A stretch of DNA of 63,073 nucleotides, filler included, from Octopus bimaculoides (lineage: Eukaryota), in NCBI RefSeq assembly GCF_001194135.2. It is 5 parts of 5 records of this genome, joined end to end, with 100 filler letters (N's around TTAATTAATTAA, not from the genome) between each part and the next. Parts side by side here need not be neighbours in the genome. Positions count along the whole stretch, not along the records: positions 1 to 16,591 come from NC_068988.1; 4 more parts are not named here. One strand, given 5' to 3'. Of this stretch, positions 1-14,309 are shown piece by piece (within the stretch, counting starts at the first letter, position 1; every line of letters begins with the position of its first letter). The position numbers and the translations under genes are program-made. The notes under the pieces were generated by a model that saw only the letters and a program-made list of their open reading frames with translations, was not told the DNA's origin and searched no databases.

Positions 1-59
<59 letters not shown>

Positions 60-69
<10 letters not shown>

Positions 70-325
70 TTTGTGTGTGTATGTATGTGCGAATGTGTGT
101 CTTTGTGTGTCTTTGTGTGTTTGTGTTTGTCCCCCCTACCATCGCTTGACAACCGATTTTGGTGTGTTTACGTCCCCGTAACCTATAAGTTCGGTAAAAG
201 AGACCGATAGAATAAGTACTAGGCTTAGAAAAAATAAGTCCCGGGGTCGATTTGTTCGAGTAAAAATACTGTGCTCCAGCATGGCCACAGTCAAATGACT
301 GAAACAGATAAAAGAATAAAAGAAT
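60..325 (+). mobile_element. Family A SINE, 3' half
   Basis: tttgtccccc...cttgacaaccga...gaccgatagaataagtactaggctt...gtgctccagcatggccacagtcaaatgactgaaaca...aaaagaataaaag; recurs many times in the window. Confidence 0.85.
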
Positions 326-1208
326 TACAATAAGGAGATAGTAACATGGGTTCGTAATACGAATACTTTAACGTATATTGCTCTAAGCAACACTGTACAC
401 AACAAAGTATTCATACTTCAGGAGAATGTTCAAATGCAGGTAAATAGGTCAAATCAACAGACACTTAAAACGGAAGAAAAGCATGACAACTATTCATCAT
501 CCGTCTTCTTTTTTTATTTTATTTATTCGATGTTTATAAAACGCATTTCATTTATCTAATTTTTTCGCAAAACACCGAGAGATATTTTTACCAGTTTATT
601 TGGCTGTAGCTCTTCAGAAGTGACTAACTTAAAGCTGATGCTCACAGGTCACTAAAAAAAGCAATAAAAAACACCAGACTTTATCGATGAATGGTCGAGG
701 TGGTAAGGAAAAATGAGGTATGTCAAAACCTTTGATGTACTTCAAATATGATGTATATCACACATATACTTTAACACAATGTTTGCAATCATTGAATCAC
801 CGATACAGAACATAAAGTGGCTTACCACATGCATATGTTTATGTATGTCTGTATATATATNNNNNNNNNNNNNNNNNNNNNNNNNNNNNNNNNNNNNNNN
901 NNNNNNNNNNNNNNNNNNNNNNNNNNNNNNNNNNNNNNNNNNNNNNNNNNNNNNNNNNNNNNNNNNNNNNNNNNNNNNNNNNNNNNNNNNNNNNNNNNNN
1001 NNNNNNNNNNNNNNNNNNNNNNNNNNNNNNNNNNNNNNNNNNNNNNNNNNNNNNNNNNNNNNNNNNNNNNNNNNNNNNNNNNNNNNNNNNNNNNNNNNNN
1101 NNNNNNNNNNNNNNNNNNNNNNNNNNNNNNNNNNNNNNNNNNNNNNNNNNNNNNNNNNNNNNNNNNNNNNNNNNNNNNNNNNNNNNNNNNNNNNNNNNNN
1201 NNNNNNNN

Positions 1209-1520
1209 TAGGCACAGGCGTAGCTGTGTGGTAAGAAGCTTGTCTCCCAATCACATGATTCCGAGTTCAATTTCACTGCGTGGCACCTTGGGCAAGTGTC
1301 TTCTGCCTCGGCATGACCAAAACCCTGTGAGTGGATTTGGTAGACGGAAACTGAAAGAAGCCTGTCATATATATATATATAGCAGTTCGGGAAAAGAGAC
1401 CGATAGAATAAGTACTAGGCTTATAAAGAATAAGTCCTGGGATCGATTTGTTCGAGTAAAAATGGTGCTCCAGCATGGCCGAAATCAAATGACTAAAACA
1501 AGTAAAAGAATAAAAGAATA
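1209..1520 (+). mobile_element. Family A SINE, internally deleted
   Basis: tRNA-like head (A box TAGCTGTGTGG, B-box-like GAGTTCAATT), CORE-like CCTTGGGCAAGT and the family tail. Confidence 0.85.
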
Positions 1521-1784
1521 TATATATATATACAGTCGTCAGTAAAAGTGACTATATTGAGCAAAATATAAACTATACAATTGATCTAAAAGAAGATAAA
1601 GTTGAAAATGGTACTCATATTATATAGTTTATATATCGTCATTTTATGGTATATATATATGTATATATATATGATAAACGGATGGTTTCCTACTTTATCC
1701 TTGTATACCGCCACAGTATTGTATTTGCTTGTACAGAATCATACGTTTCCCCTACAAAACCACTTTAAAATATCCTTCACAAAA

Positions 1785-1832
1785 TTTACTTGTAAAATAG
1801 GGGTGCGTTTTATACGCCAGGAAATAATGTAT
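1785..1832. mobile_element. Possible pogo/Tc2-type terminal inverted repeat remnant
   Basis: aaaatagggtgcgttttatacgccaggaaataatgta resembles pogo-type ends. No partner end was found. Confidence 0.3.
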
Positions 1833-3297
1833 TTGATATTTGGTCATCATTGGCTGAATGGAAAGCAAAGTTCCAATCATAGCAGGATTTGAACTAAAAA
1901 TGTATGTGGAAACAAAACTAAATATTGTTTTCGCCAGCTAAGAGGTTTAACGGTTCAGTTTATCAGAACAGAAACACTTCTGTTTAATGAAGTAATTTGG
2001 GTACCTTACGTTTTACATTATATTCAAGGATATATCAATAAATTAGTATATTTGGAAATCTAGACTTCTGCAGCAGTTAAAACAAAAAGGAGTTAAAAGT
2101 AAGTATAATGTGATAAAGGTTTTGTCGTTAAGAGTACATGGAGCGTAATGTCTATGAAATTGTTATGTCATTACGAAAGAAAACGCAATCATTTGTCGAC
2201 AGATAGAAAGGACAAAACTAATAAACAAACATGGCCGCCTTGCTACAAAATGGAAGAAGAATCTGTAATACGTCATTACTTCTAACCTGATCAACACAAT
2301 CAATGAATATATTTTGAATAATACTTGATAAAATTCAGGGAGAAAACTAAAGGCACAAAGCAAAACAGTTTTCAATGAAAAGGAAATGAAGCAACACAAT
2401 AGCAAAATTGCAGAAGATTGCTTTCATTGGATTGAATAACAAACAAAAGTCAAGTAGTATTATTATCTAATGGCAGATCATAAAGAAAATGCTGAGAGAA
2501 CAAAACATATACAAGCATACATTTAGACAGATAGATGCGCATGCGCACACGCAGCCTCAACAATTATTATAACTCTTTTATTTGTTTATATGGTTGTCTT
2601 TTTTTTCGCGATCAAAAATAACATCGAGGTATAGTTGTAACAATACGGGAAATTAATTAAATAAATACCCATAGTCTAGAAACAAACAAAATCAAAGCGA
2701 CCCATTTTGTATAGCTGAAAACTTTAACGAAGACGTATAATTAACGGTAATTTAGAAATGCGTAATTACTCACTTTTCAATATCTTTTTACATAAACACA
2801 TCTGTGTGTAAATGCAAGCACGTCATTGAAAGTTGGAGAAAAAAGTAATACGTTGTATTAAACCCATTCCACAAGATGACAATGGCAGTAGCTGACTAAT
2901 TATTGTATTATCTCACAGCCTCATTATAAAACCTGTCGATATTCATGACAGTGAAATAGTCACACAAAATCATGTTATAAAAATAATCTTAAGACCATAC
3001 CGTACATAATTTTTGGCGTATTTTCTTCTCTGACAGGCTTTCATTCTCTAGGCTGAACAGCTAGAATTGGAGATGACTTAATAACTTCTGGAAAAGTTTA
3101 TTTTCATAACAAGTTTACATTTGGTACAATTGACGTAAATTAAAGCCATTTTTCTTCTTCAGCTTTCTATTTCTTCAACAACAGCCAACAAATAATATAA
3201 AAAGATACTGAAATTAACATGATTTGACTGACATTGGAAGCATGAGTTGAAGAAATGTTTCTACTGATATGCTTGTACAAAGTAGCGTCATGAAGTG

Positions 3298-3342
<45 letters not shown>

Positions 3343-3439
3343 AAGGAAGAGAGAGAGAAAAGACAAAGGGAACGCTAACGACCTCACATTGTTAAAAAAC
3401 GCTACCTCGCAGGGAACTCAGTCTATCCATCCATCCATA

Positions 3440-3960
3440 TTCTTCACCCACTGTGCCTGGAAGGGTCATGGGGGGAGGGGGCTGGGTTTTCAGGCACCTC
3501 CTCCGTAGGGTTCTATCAGAAGCATTACTAATTCAGGTTAAATTTTCGAGTACGACCAACTGAGACTGCATATTATCAAACCATCTCATTCTTGGTCTAA
3601 ACCCTAGGCTTGAAGAATCTATTTTGCGATTCCGTAGTACCGGAACTGTGATCTCTCAATGCGGAGAAATAGCGGCTTAACCTGGAGAGATTCCTTGATC
3701 TCCAAGTTACGCACCCTCTCGAGTAACGTTACTCCAGAGATTCTTCGGAGGAAGCCCCATTGCGACCACTTGTATTCACGATTGTACTTCTTTGGTAATT
3801 ACCAAACATTCATGGCTTAAGATGAAGATAGGCACGAAACCGAATTGGAAATAGCGAGTTTGGCTTTTTTACTAAACTTCTCTTCTTTTGAAGATCGAAT
3901 GCTTGACCGAGTGCAAACATTTTGAGCATTCATAAAGGGATTTCACGGCAATCAGAACTG
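3440..3960 (-). mobile_element. RTE-clade LINE 3' fragment
   Basis: Minus-strand translation ...GFLRRISGVTLLERVRNLEIKESLQVKPLFLRIERSQFRYYG...RPRMRW matches the RTE post-RT region. Confidence 0.75.
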
Positions 3961-4639
3961 ACCCTTAAAATTTGTTTTCTGTAGTTGAAATATTTGATAA
4001 TAAAAGAAATTTCAAAACCACATTTTAATAAATATATATTAAAATTAGGATTTTAAAGATTTTTCTACGCAGTGTAGTCTTTAATAATTGCATTATTTTA
4101 GTAATAGTTACATGTTCATAACTAATTAATAAGCAACTTCCTTTATTGTATTATATATGGGTTTCATATTAATATTATGGTGACATATTTATGATTAGCA
4201 GTTGGTATTCAGGTATCTGCAATTATTATTTTAATATCTAATGACAGCTATTTCTGGAAAGCTACTTGGAGACTTGAGATTGCATGGGATATGATAAAAT
4301 ATTTAAAAGGATTGGTTATGTTGTTCGTCTGAATGTCTCCAATTTGATGAGATAGGAGAGTCGTCCAGAGTTTCTACATATCTGTAGTGGACTCGATATT
4401 ATATATAAACTAGACAAAATATCTTCATATTACACACTGCTCAAGATTAAGCTGGTCAACTAATTTTCTAGTTCTTTGTCCAGCTCCATTAATTACAACA
4501 TATTTATTCACACATATTCATTTGAGACGAAATAATGCTGGAATAATGAGCATTCTAGGTATAAATTTCCAGCAATTAATTATGGATTAATTATACAACG
4601 TGGATAAGATATGAATGACTGTTTCCAATCATGAGTTGG

Positions 4640-4830
4640 ATATTTATGCTGCAATTCACAGCTCCTATTTCGACGACACATGCAATACTATTCGTTATTT
4701 TTAGATGTTAACAAATGACTTTTGACATATTCTTGCATTGCTTAACCTCGATTTATGTATCTTACAGCAACGTGGAGCTCAACCCCATTTTGCTGACATT
4801 GCAAGACCATTTAAGTAACCGCTAGATTAG
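4640..4830 (+). mobile_element. Highly decayed Tc1/mariner transposase fragment
   Basis: APIFDDTCNTIRYF*ML...LQQRGAQPHFADIARPF resembles the GP.FF..TVN...Y..ML...FQQDGAPPH motif. Confidence 0.45.
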
Positions 4831-5199
4831 ATGCCAAGAAATATGTTATGAATATTCTCCAAGGTTTCCAACTTTACTTTTTTCTTGCTTGTTCATGTTT
4901 GAATCGACTATATATATATAAGANNNNNNNNNNNNNNNNNNNNNNNNNNNNNNNNNNNNNNNNNNNNNNNNNNNNNNNNNNNNNNNNNNNNNNNNNNNNN
5001 NNNNNNNNNNNNNNNNNNNNNNNNNNNNNNNNNNNNNNNNNNNNNNNNNNNNNNNNNNNNNNNNNNNNNNNNNNNNNNNNNNNNNNNNNNNNNNNNNNNN
5101 NNNNNNNNNNNNNNNNNNNNNNNNNNNNNNNNNNNNNNNNNNNNNNNNNNATATATATATATATATATATACATTACTTATTATTTATTACATGCATAC

Positions 5200-5485
5200 A
5201 TAACAGATTCAAGCAATCACTGGAGCTGTAAAAATCTGTAAGACTTTCCAGAAGTTTATCATTTAAGTATATATGTGTATGTCTAGACATACAATTATAT
5301 GCATGAGAATATATAAAACAAACTCTACAAATCTGCACATGCAGTGACTCTAAATACTGCACATATGCACAAGTACATGCAAAAATACTCTGTTCGTGTT
5401 GTTGAAATTCCAATGAAGGAGACTTGGATCTGGGTTAGAAACCGGTTCTTTATTGGCAAGAAATGCCGAAATAAAACTGAATAAT
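5200..5485 (+). mobile_element. Same RLE-type LINE family: last codons and 3' UTR
   Basis: QAITGAVKICKTFQKFII*, a UTR homologous to the 16 kb copy, and a (CATA)n tail. Confidence 0.7.
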
Positions 5486-7094
5486 GACATACATACATAT
5501 ATACGCATACACAAGTATACGCACGCATATGCACGCACACAAACACACATATACACACACATATATAAACGTATGTTAATCTGTTTAACCCAGATACACC
5601 TATGTATGTTCGCGAAAGCAAATCAACAAGGTCAGACGTACACACACCTATTTACATATACGTGGGATAATAAATATGTGCATAGAATGTATATTGTATG
5701 CATTTACTGTATCATGCTTTCTCCCTAGTATGCACCTTTTCCTTTCTTTCTTTCTTTNNNNNNNNNNAAATAAGAAAGAAAGAAAAGGAAAACTCCCTCC
5801 CAAGCAAAAAACAAAAAAACAAAACAAAAGAACAAAAGAAACAACAGCGTAGAAGTGAGATTTTTTTTGTCCAGCAGACTCTCAATTACATTTGTGCAAA
5901 GTGTAAACGTGTGTGTGTGTGTGTGTGCGTGTGTGTGTATGTATGTATGCGTTTTATTTTGTTATCCTGTTTCGATGACGTGTCTCAAACTATTTTGTTT
6001 TGATTCGAAGATTCCACTCCAGTAATAAGTATCTTTTACATAAATATCTACGTCTTTTCTAACGCACGCACACACACACATACACACACAAACACATCTT
6101 TATATACATACATGCGCACACGCATATGTGTGTGTGTATATATAAGTATACGAATGTAATTGTGTCAAACGAATAAGAGAAGAGTGCTCAAGGATATAGA
6201 GTCTATAGCTCACTGAAACTAAATTTTTATCTTGTGACTCGCATGCTCGCAAAGAGTTATGGAATGATCCATGTTGGGAATATCATTGTGAGAACATCTC
6301 AACATATCCCAAAATGAGATAATTCGAGAATAGAGCTGGGTGAACGACGTCGTCGTAGAAAACCAAAAGCAGAAGCTCGTCGAACAGGACGTGTCACGTG
6401 CTTCACAGACCACAGGTGAACCCGTTCGGTTACTGAATGATATCCAAGAAATTGTCAAAAAGGATACTCGGACGTTCTCCGCGACGATGGGAAAACGATT
6501 TAGTGAAACGATTTGGGCTAAGATGGGAAAATAATTGATATGTATAGATGGAACAAAAACGCAATAGAGGGCATTAAAACGTTCGGACAAATAGATGACA
6601 CAAAGATGGACAAGAGAAACAACAATTAGAAGGACAGGCAAAACAAAGACGGGTCATTCATGGCTTTCTTTCATCAGTCAAGTACCAGAAGTCATGACCA
6701 TTTCGGGCAGTTACACTTGAGATGATTCGATCTGGTTATANNNNNNNNNNNNNNNNNNNNNNNNNNNNNNNNNNNNNNNNNNNNNNNNNNNNNNNNNNNN
6801 NNNNNNNNNNNNNNNNNNNNNNNNNNNNNNNNNNNNNNNNNNNNNNNNNNNNNNNNNNNNNNNNNNNNNNNNNNNNNNNNNNNNNNNNNNNNNNNNNNNN
6901 NNNNNNNNNNNNNNNNNNNNNNNNNNNNNNNNNNNNNNNNNNNNNNNNNNNNNNNNNNNNNNNNNNNNNNNNNNNNNNNNNNNNNNNNNNNNNNNNNNNN
7001 NNNNNNNNNNNNNNNNNNNNNNNNNNNNNNNNNNNNNNNNNNNNNNNNNNNNNNNNNNNNNNNNNNNNNNNNNNNNNNNNNNNNNNNNNNNNNN

Positions 7095-7171
<77 letters not shown>

Positions 7172-7184
7172 ATGTATGTATGTA

Positions 7185-7218
<34 letters not shown>

Positions 7219-7448
7219 TGCGTGTGCGCGCGTATGCGTGTGTGTGTTTGTTAGTATAAAAGTAATATTACTATCCAGCAAGAATAAGGCACCATAAAAA
7301 GTAGAATCATAAATATACAATGCTGATGTACACGAAGTACGATCAAACATCTCTGCCTATAAACATTCAGTGAAACTATATATAGCGCCGATAGCTTACC
7401 GGTTGCTATTTCTAGCAATGATCGTAATTCGTGTACATCAGCTTTGTA

Positions 7449-7527
<79 letters not shown>

Positions 7528-7713
7528 ATATATAATACACACACATATACTCTCTCATAATGCCTCCTGTCTATAATATACATGCACGCACATACATGTA
7601 TACACACTTACACGTACACATGCACACATACATATGTAAGTCTTACGTATATATTTACATAGGTATATATATGTATGTATATATATATATGTATGTATAT
7701 ATATATATATATA

Positions 7714-7745
<32 letters not shown>

Positions 7746-7883
7746 NNNNNNNNNNNNNNNNNNNNNNNNNNNNNNNNNNNNNNNNNNNNNNNNNNNNNNN
7801 NNNNNNNNNNNNNNNNNNNNNNNNNNNNNNNNNNTATATGTATATATAAATATATATATGTACACACACACACACGCACACAC

Positions 7884-7933
<50 letters not shown>

Positions 7934-8721
7934 ACTAAATATAATCCCATATACAAACGCATGCGAGGGTATGCGTATGTATGTTTAGATTTTGCTTTAT
8001 CTATATAACTTTATAAGAATATGTGTACATACATACATACATACATCTCTCTCTCTTTATATATGTATATATATATATATATATATATCACACATATATG
8101 TATATATGTATATATATATTAACCGACTCCTCAAATTACTTTACTTCTCTCAGTTAAATCATTCTGTCCTTTCAGCTTACCCTACCACTTTAAAATTATA
8201 TGTCAGACAGATAATTTTGACGCCATTAATAACATAGCACCGTTCGTTAATATTTATTCCCTTTGCAAACTGGTAGACACACAAACTAATCGCTAACCTC
8301 TGTCTATTGCTACACTTTAGCTCATTTACTAAATCGACTTCATTTAATCTATTACTCAACATCTCCTATAACAGTTACATGTTAATTTCGTTTCTTGCTT
8401 TCAATAACGAGTTATCCGTTATTACAGATTCTTGTAGCACTGCCATGTCACCCTGTTTAGTAGTAAAGATAAATCAGTTCCGTTACCAAGCCATCGTTTC
8501 ATTCAATTTTCACAACTATGTAACCTATTATTATTCCTATTAACCTCTCCCTTATGTATAAAACCACCACGTTTTTATAAAGTCGCTTTCTATACACTAT
8601 CTGTATCTTTTCACAAATAAGAAACATTTTATCGTGTCACTTCTTCAGAGTTGCACAATATCCGATTTGGTAAATCTACGAACGTAGAGTCTCTGTTTTG
8701 TACTCAGTCGATTCTACCGAC

Positions 8722-8825
<104 letters not shown>

Positions 8826-9039
8826 TACGCTCACATACGCGTATATACACGAACACAATTTTCTACCTATAACTGTGTTTACTTAACACTTTATGTATGC
8901 ATGCAATTTTCTACGGTCACATTATAGATAGTTTCAAAATAACCCAAAAGAATATTTAAAGAATTCAATTTAAGCATCCCATTTATCACTGACCTCATAC
9001 CCGTTTTATATAATGCAGACATCACACAAAACCACAGGG

Positions 9040-9190
9040 ACAAATAGCCGGGTGGTTAAGGAGTTCATTTCGAAACCATGTGGTACCATGTTCGATTTGC
9101 ATTGCACATTGTTTCGGGCGTGTCTTCTATTACATCTTGCGGATGACCAATATCTTGGAAAAGGAATTAAATATGCGGAAACTGTGTACC
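9040..9190 (+). mobile_element. Diverged family A SINE head
   Basis: gggtggttaaggagttcatttcgaaaccatgtgg...gtgtcttctatt...ggaaactg, followed by a (CATA)n/(TGCA)n tract. Confidence 0.5.
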
Positions 9191-9194
9191 TAAG

Positions 9195-9645
9195 TACATG
9201 TATACATACATGCATGCATACATGCATGCATACATGCATGCATACATGCATGCATACATGCATGCATACATACATACATACATACATACATACATACATG
9301 CATAATACACTCATACATACATACATACATACATACATACACTCATACATACATACATACATACATACTTACATATATACATACATACATACATACATAC
9401 ATAAATACATACATATATGCATGCATCCATACATACATGAATATATACTAGATAATGCATATATACTACATATATATGCATACATATATACATACACACA
9501 AATACGTACATATATAAATAAATATATATATATATAATATATACATAAATACATACATATATGCACACACACATGCATGCATACATACATGCATACATAC
9601 ATACATCATATATAAATACATACACACATGCATACATACACACAT

Positions 9646-9684
<39 letters not shown>
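9195..9684. repeat. Compound (CATG)/(CATA)/(TA) microsatellite
   Basis: Direct reading. Confidence 0.95.
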
Positions 9685-10587
9685 NNNNNNNNNNNNNNNN
9701 NNNNNNNNNNNNNNNNNNNNNNNNNNNNNNNNNNNNNNNNNNNNNNNNNNNNNNNNNNNNNNNNNNNNNNNNNNNNNNNNNNNNNNNNNNNNNNNNNNNN
9801 NNNNNNNNNNNNNNNNNNNNNNNNNNNNNNNNNNNNNNNNNNNNNNNNNNNNNNNNNNNNNNNNNNNNNNNNNNNNNNNNNNNNNNNNNNNNNNNNNNNN
9901 NNNNNNNNNNNNNNNNNNNNNNNNNNNNNNNNNNNNNNNNNNNNNNNNNNNNNNNNNNNNNNNNNNNNNNNNNNNNNNNNNNNNNNNNNNNNNNNNNNNN
10001 NNNNNNNNNNNNNNNNNNNNNNNNNNNNNNNNNNNNNNNNNNNNNNNNNNNNNNNNNNNNNNNNNNNNNNNNNNNNNNNNNNNNNNNNNNNNNNNNNNNN
10101 NNNNNNNNNNNNNNGTGTGTGTGTGTGTATGTGTGCGTGCGTGTGTGCGTGTGTGCGTGTATGTGTGTGTGTGTATGTGTATTATTAAAAGATATATTTA
10201 TTCGCTAAAAAGCTGTCAGCGTTTATTAAAAAACGGACTTAGAAACAGCGTTGTGTCTGTGTGTTAATATTTTACACCAGTTCAAGATCGGTGTTAAAAG
10301 CTGATGTTGTTAATGGTATGTAACATTGCGGTTCTGCAAACAGAAATCGATAAAGTAAAAAAAAAGTATTATCGATTCTCTCTCTCTCATCCCTTTTCCT
10401 GTCTTTCCTAGTGTCCTTCTCAATCTATTTTCTCTCGTTGATATTACTATCTATTTCAATCTTCCCATTTTGTCTCGTTTTATCTCACTCTCTCTAATTA
10501 TGAAACCAATTTGTATAAATGTCTAATTGGAATACCATTAACAATTACGTCAATTATAGAAATTTGCAATGTCTCCTCCCCCCCTTC

Positions 10588-10588
<1 letters not shown>

Positions 10589-10630
<42 letters not shown>

Positions 10631-10689
10631 TTCTTCTTCTTCTTCTTCTTCTTCTTCTTCTTCTTCTTCTTCTTCTTCTTCTTCTTCTC
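10589..10689. repeat. Compound (ATC)n(TTC)n microsatellite
   Basis: Direct reading. Confidence 0.95.
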
Positions 10690-10919
10690 CATTCGTTGCT
10701 CGATGTACGACCCTTGCCGTTCCGTTCTTCCATTTGCATTATGCCAAATCTGTAACTCTTAGGAGCGTCGAACAAATTACCTTGCTATATTACTTCATGC
10801 TCGTCACGTCCTAATTTCAAATCGCGTTGGGGTTTGCTTTGCCCTTAATCTCATCTCGAAACCAGTAAAATATATCAGCAGCCATATACTGGTATCGATG
10901 ATATCAACTTACTCCGTAC

Positions 10920-11145
10920 CCTCAAGACTATTTATTAGTCGTAGGGCATCGGAATAATGCTTTCAAGTATTTCTTCCGATTCCTTATATTTTAAGTTCAA
11001 ATCCTGTCCAGGTCAGCTGTATTTTCATCTTTGCGGGGGTTGATAAAATAAAGTATCAATCAAGTTCTGTGGACGATAGAATCGAGTAAACGCCCCCTTC
11101 AAAATTGCGGGCCTTGTGCCAAAATCAGAAACCTAAGGTGCCAGA
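10920..11145 (+). mobile_element. Family B SINE-like repeat, diverged
   Basis: aagttcaaatcctgtccaggtcagctg...gggttgataaaataaagtatc...cgggccttgtgccaaaatcagaaac. Confidence 0.55.
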
Positions 11146-11684
11146 AGGCCATAAACATTTGTTGTTGAATTTCTCTGTCTCAAAGACAAAGCGAGCCAAT
11201 GCTATGTTGAGGGGGTCTTTTGGGTATCCTCGAAAACCTGATTGCCCGATTACTCTAACGCAGCTAAGTAACCCCAAACACTTATCAAACCCAACATATA
11301 AGTATTTTCAGGGTTATTGCTCTGATGGACTTTCTTGTTTAGTGCTCTCTATCAAGGCCCTTAAACATATCACCCGCTTCTCTTCCCTGGAGCATTCTTT
11401 CTCTGTTGAGTTTTAAGTCCTTTTATTCTAATAACATTTCTCCTCAATCAGTTAATCTCTGGAACTCATTACCATTGATTTTTCATCTGGTCTGTGATAT
11501 TTAGTCCTTTGAACGTTGTCAATCAATCAACATCTTGTGAATATGTAGGCCCCTTATTTTCCCCTCTTCGTAGTTTCTTATGTTACAGAGAGAAAAATCG
11601 TAAAATAATAATAACAACAACAATAATAATAATAATAATGAAAAGTCGAGAGATATGGCTGGTTAGCTTGGGAAGTTAAGCAGT

Positions 11685-11870
11685 TGTGGTCGATGAAAAA
11701 GGTAGCAGTAGTACCAATAATTGTCGGAGACCTGGGAACAGTGAGCAAAAATCTCGAGAAGTACGTGGAACAAATAGGGGCTGCAATAAGGGGAGAGCAC
11801 TTGCAGAAAACAGCACTGCTTGGAACTGCTCGAATACTCCGGAAGGTGCTCGAAAAATAAGAAGTGTTAC
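11685..11870 (+). mobile_element. R4-like LINE C-terminal fragment
   Basis: QLWSMKKVAVVPIIVGDLGTVSKNLEKY...HLQKTALLGTARILRKVLEK*. Confidence 0.7.
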
Positions 11871-12429
11871 CTTAGTTTATCGAATTGGAGTCGATTCATT
11901 CGACTACTGCATGGCCGCAGTACAATGACTAAAACAAGTAAAAATATAAAAAGAAAAAAAATAGACATGTCACTACTGTGAGCCGGTAGCATAAATGCAT
12001 CTAGTATGGTCCGCATTCTTCGTAAGATCACTGACCTACAAAAAGGAAGAATAAGTTAATTTTGGTGGGATTCAAAATCAAAACTTAAATGAGATAACAA
12101 TATTTCTATCATTTCACCGTTCTCGAAATCTAAAAACTTTGAATTATTTCCACAAGGCACTCTATTTATAGATGAAGATTTTTCAATGTTCAAACAAACA
12201 GAATTATAATAAAATTAGAGGCTAACAAACGATAAGAGCATAAATATTAATTTCCGACGACAGGTTTTCAATATCCGTTTTAGAAATTGTAGAAATTTAT
12301 ATAAACATTAAATTAATAATTACCGTTAATGATAACAATATTTTCTCCCTCTTTATTTTTCCATACACTCCCATCTATATTTTCATTACTATCATATGCT
12401 CTTTGTTTGGTGTATTCATGTATACGTGT

Positions 12430-12700
12430 GTATGTGTGCATTAGCCTGTGGTGTGTGTGTGTATGTGTGTGTGTGTTTGTGCTTGTGTGTCTGTCTCTGT
12501 GTTTGTCCCTCCACTACTTGACAAAGCCCGTTGGTTTGTTTACGCCCCGTAATTCAGCGGTTCGGCAAACAGACCAATAGACTAATTACTAGATTAAAAA
12601 AATAAGTACTGAGATAGATTTGTTCAACCAAAAACCTTCAAGGCAGTGCTCCATCATGGCCGCTGTCCAATGCCTGAAGCAAGTAAAAGATAAAAGATCA
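12430..12700 (+). mobile_element. Family A SINE, 3' half
   Basis: (TG)n linker plus the family tail. Confidence 0.8.
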
Positions 12701-13744
12701 AAATAAGTAAATTACCGGTAACACAAGGTTAATACAAACAAAAAATCAGTATATATTAACTTAAAAGCGCGTTCTATTTTCAAAAGCTGATGCACTGACA
12801 ATAAAGACTGACAAGAACGCTACTGCGTCATTTGCGCAATTTTATGACAACATAAAAAGGAATTTGTAGCAAAATTCGAAACCGAATCGATAAACTGCTA
12901 AGTTGAAATCACGACTTAGCAACAACTTTTTCATGTGATCGGCCGAGTTATGGCCCAGTCAGCGTCAAGACATCATTAGCTAAGCTAATCACATTCGCAT
13001 TTTGTTGCTTTTAACAGTCATTCTCATGACTTTTACTCAACTTAGAAAGCAACTACAGTTTCTTGACATGAACCCAACGTGTATATTTTCTCCTTTACTG
13101 ACAGCATAATTACAGAACCTTCTTAATTAACTATTTGTGAGAGCTACAGGATTATTATTTCCAATATGTAAACTGTGTTGTTGCATCTTTAATTCATGAC
13201 CAACGCATGGAAAATATTTGTACAGTGAAATAAAATTTTGTTAATTGTTCACGAGTGTTGCGTATTCATTATACGCAGCCAGAACCCAACACAACTACCA
13301 GCATCTCATATCCCCCATCCTATGTCTATCGTGACAGTAGTTAACTACACCTCGTGACAAATTCTTTAGAATACTAATATTTATAGTCAATGCATATCAA
13401 AGAAAATAATATAAACCAGAGCATTTAATTAAAATACAAAATTTTCATATTAACAACATGCTGATTTTTGCATACATATTTGTATATTAGCTAAAGCTGG
13501 TATAGCGTAAATGTAACCTACAAAGAAAGTTATCGAATTACGAGAGTAATGGCAGTTTAATGATAAATAACGGTAATTTATAGAATATAGACTCACTGAC
13601 ATTATTGCCTCACTCTTCCATACAGCTCGTAAAATAAATCTTACCACAAAGCTAAATTATTAATAATTAATACCTTCTCTCATTAAACATTTTATAAATT
13701 TTAACTCCAACATTAATAATATTTTTAAGTGTATCTCTGCAGAT

Positions 13745-13960
13745 TTTCTATGTGTGGTTGCTTCCCAACCGCATGGTTCCAGGTTCAGTCTCAGTGCAGG
13801 ATACCTTGGGAAAATGTCTTCAACTATACCCGCCGGTCAACCAAAGCCTTGTGAGCTGATTTGGTAAACGGAAACTGCCGTATGTATGTATGTATGTATG
13901 TATGTATCTATGTATGTATGTATGTATGTATGTATGTATGTATGTATGTATGTATGTATA
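13745..13960 (+). mobile_element. Family A SINE head plus (TATG)n
   Basis: cttcccaaccgcatggttccaggttcagtc...ccttggg...ccaaagccttgtgag. Confidence 0.75.
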
Positions 13961-14134
13961 TTTACTACGGATTGCTAGAAGCAATTGACTAAAGGATGGT
14001 ACGTAACGAAAGAGACAACAACTAAGTCCGGGAATAGAACCCAAGATTTCATGATTGTGAACCGAACACACTATCCTCTTGGCCATGCAAATTCACACAC
14101 ACCCGTACGCACGCATACATATACACGCAGGAAA

Positions 14135-14258
14135 CAGCACTTTGGTCTAAACCACTTTAGAGTAAGACACTGGTCTAAAAGAATTTTCGTCTAAAAGCAC
14201 TTTCGTCTAAGCATTTTCGTCTAATGACGAAGAAGATTATTAGAGTATAGATATTTAG

Positions 14259-14309
<51 letters not shown>

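Noticed and set aside
10498-10814. Homopolymeric ORFs (poly-K/M, I/F, H/L, S)
   Set aside because: Translations of the (ATC)n(TTC)n microsatellite.
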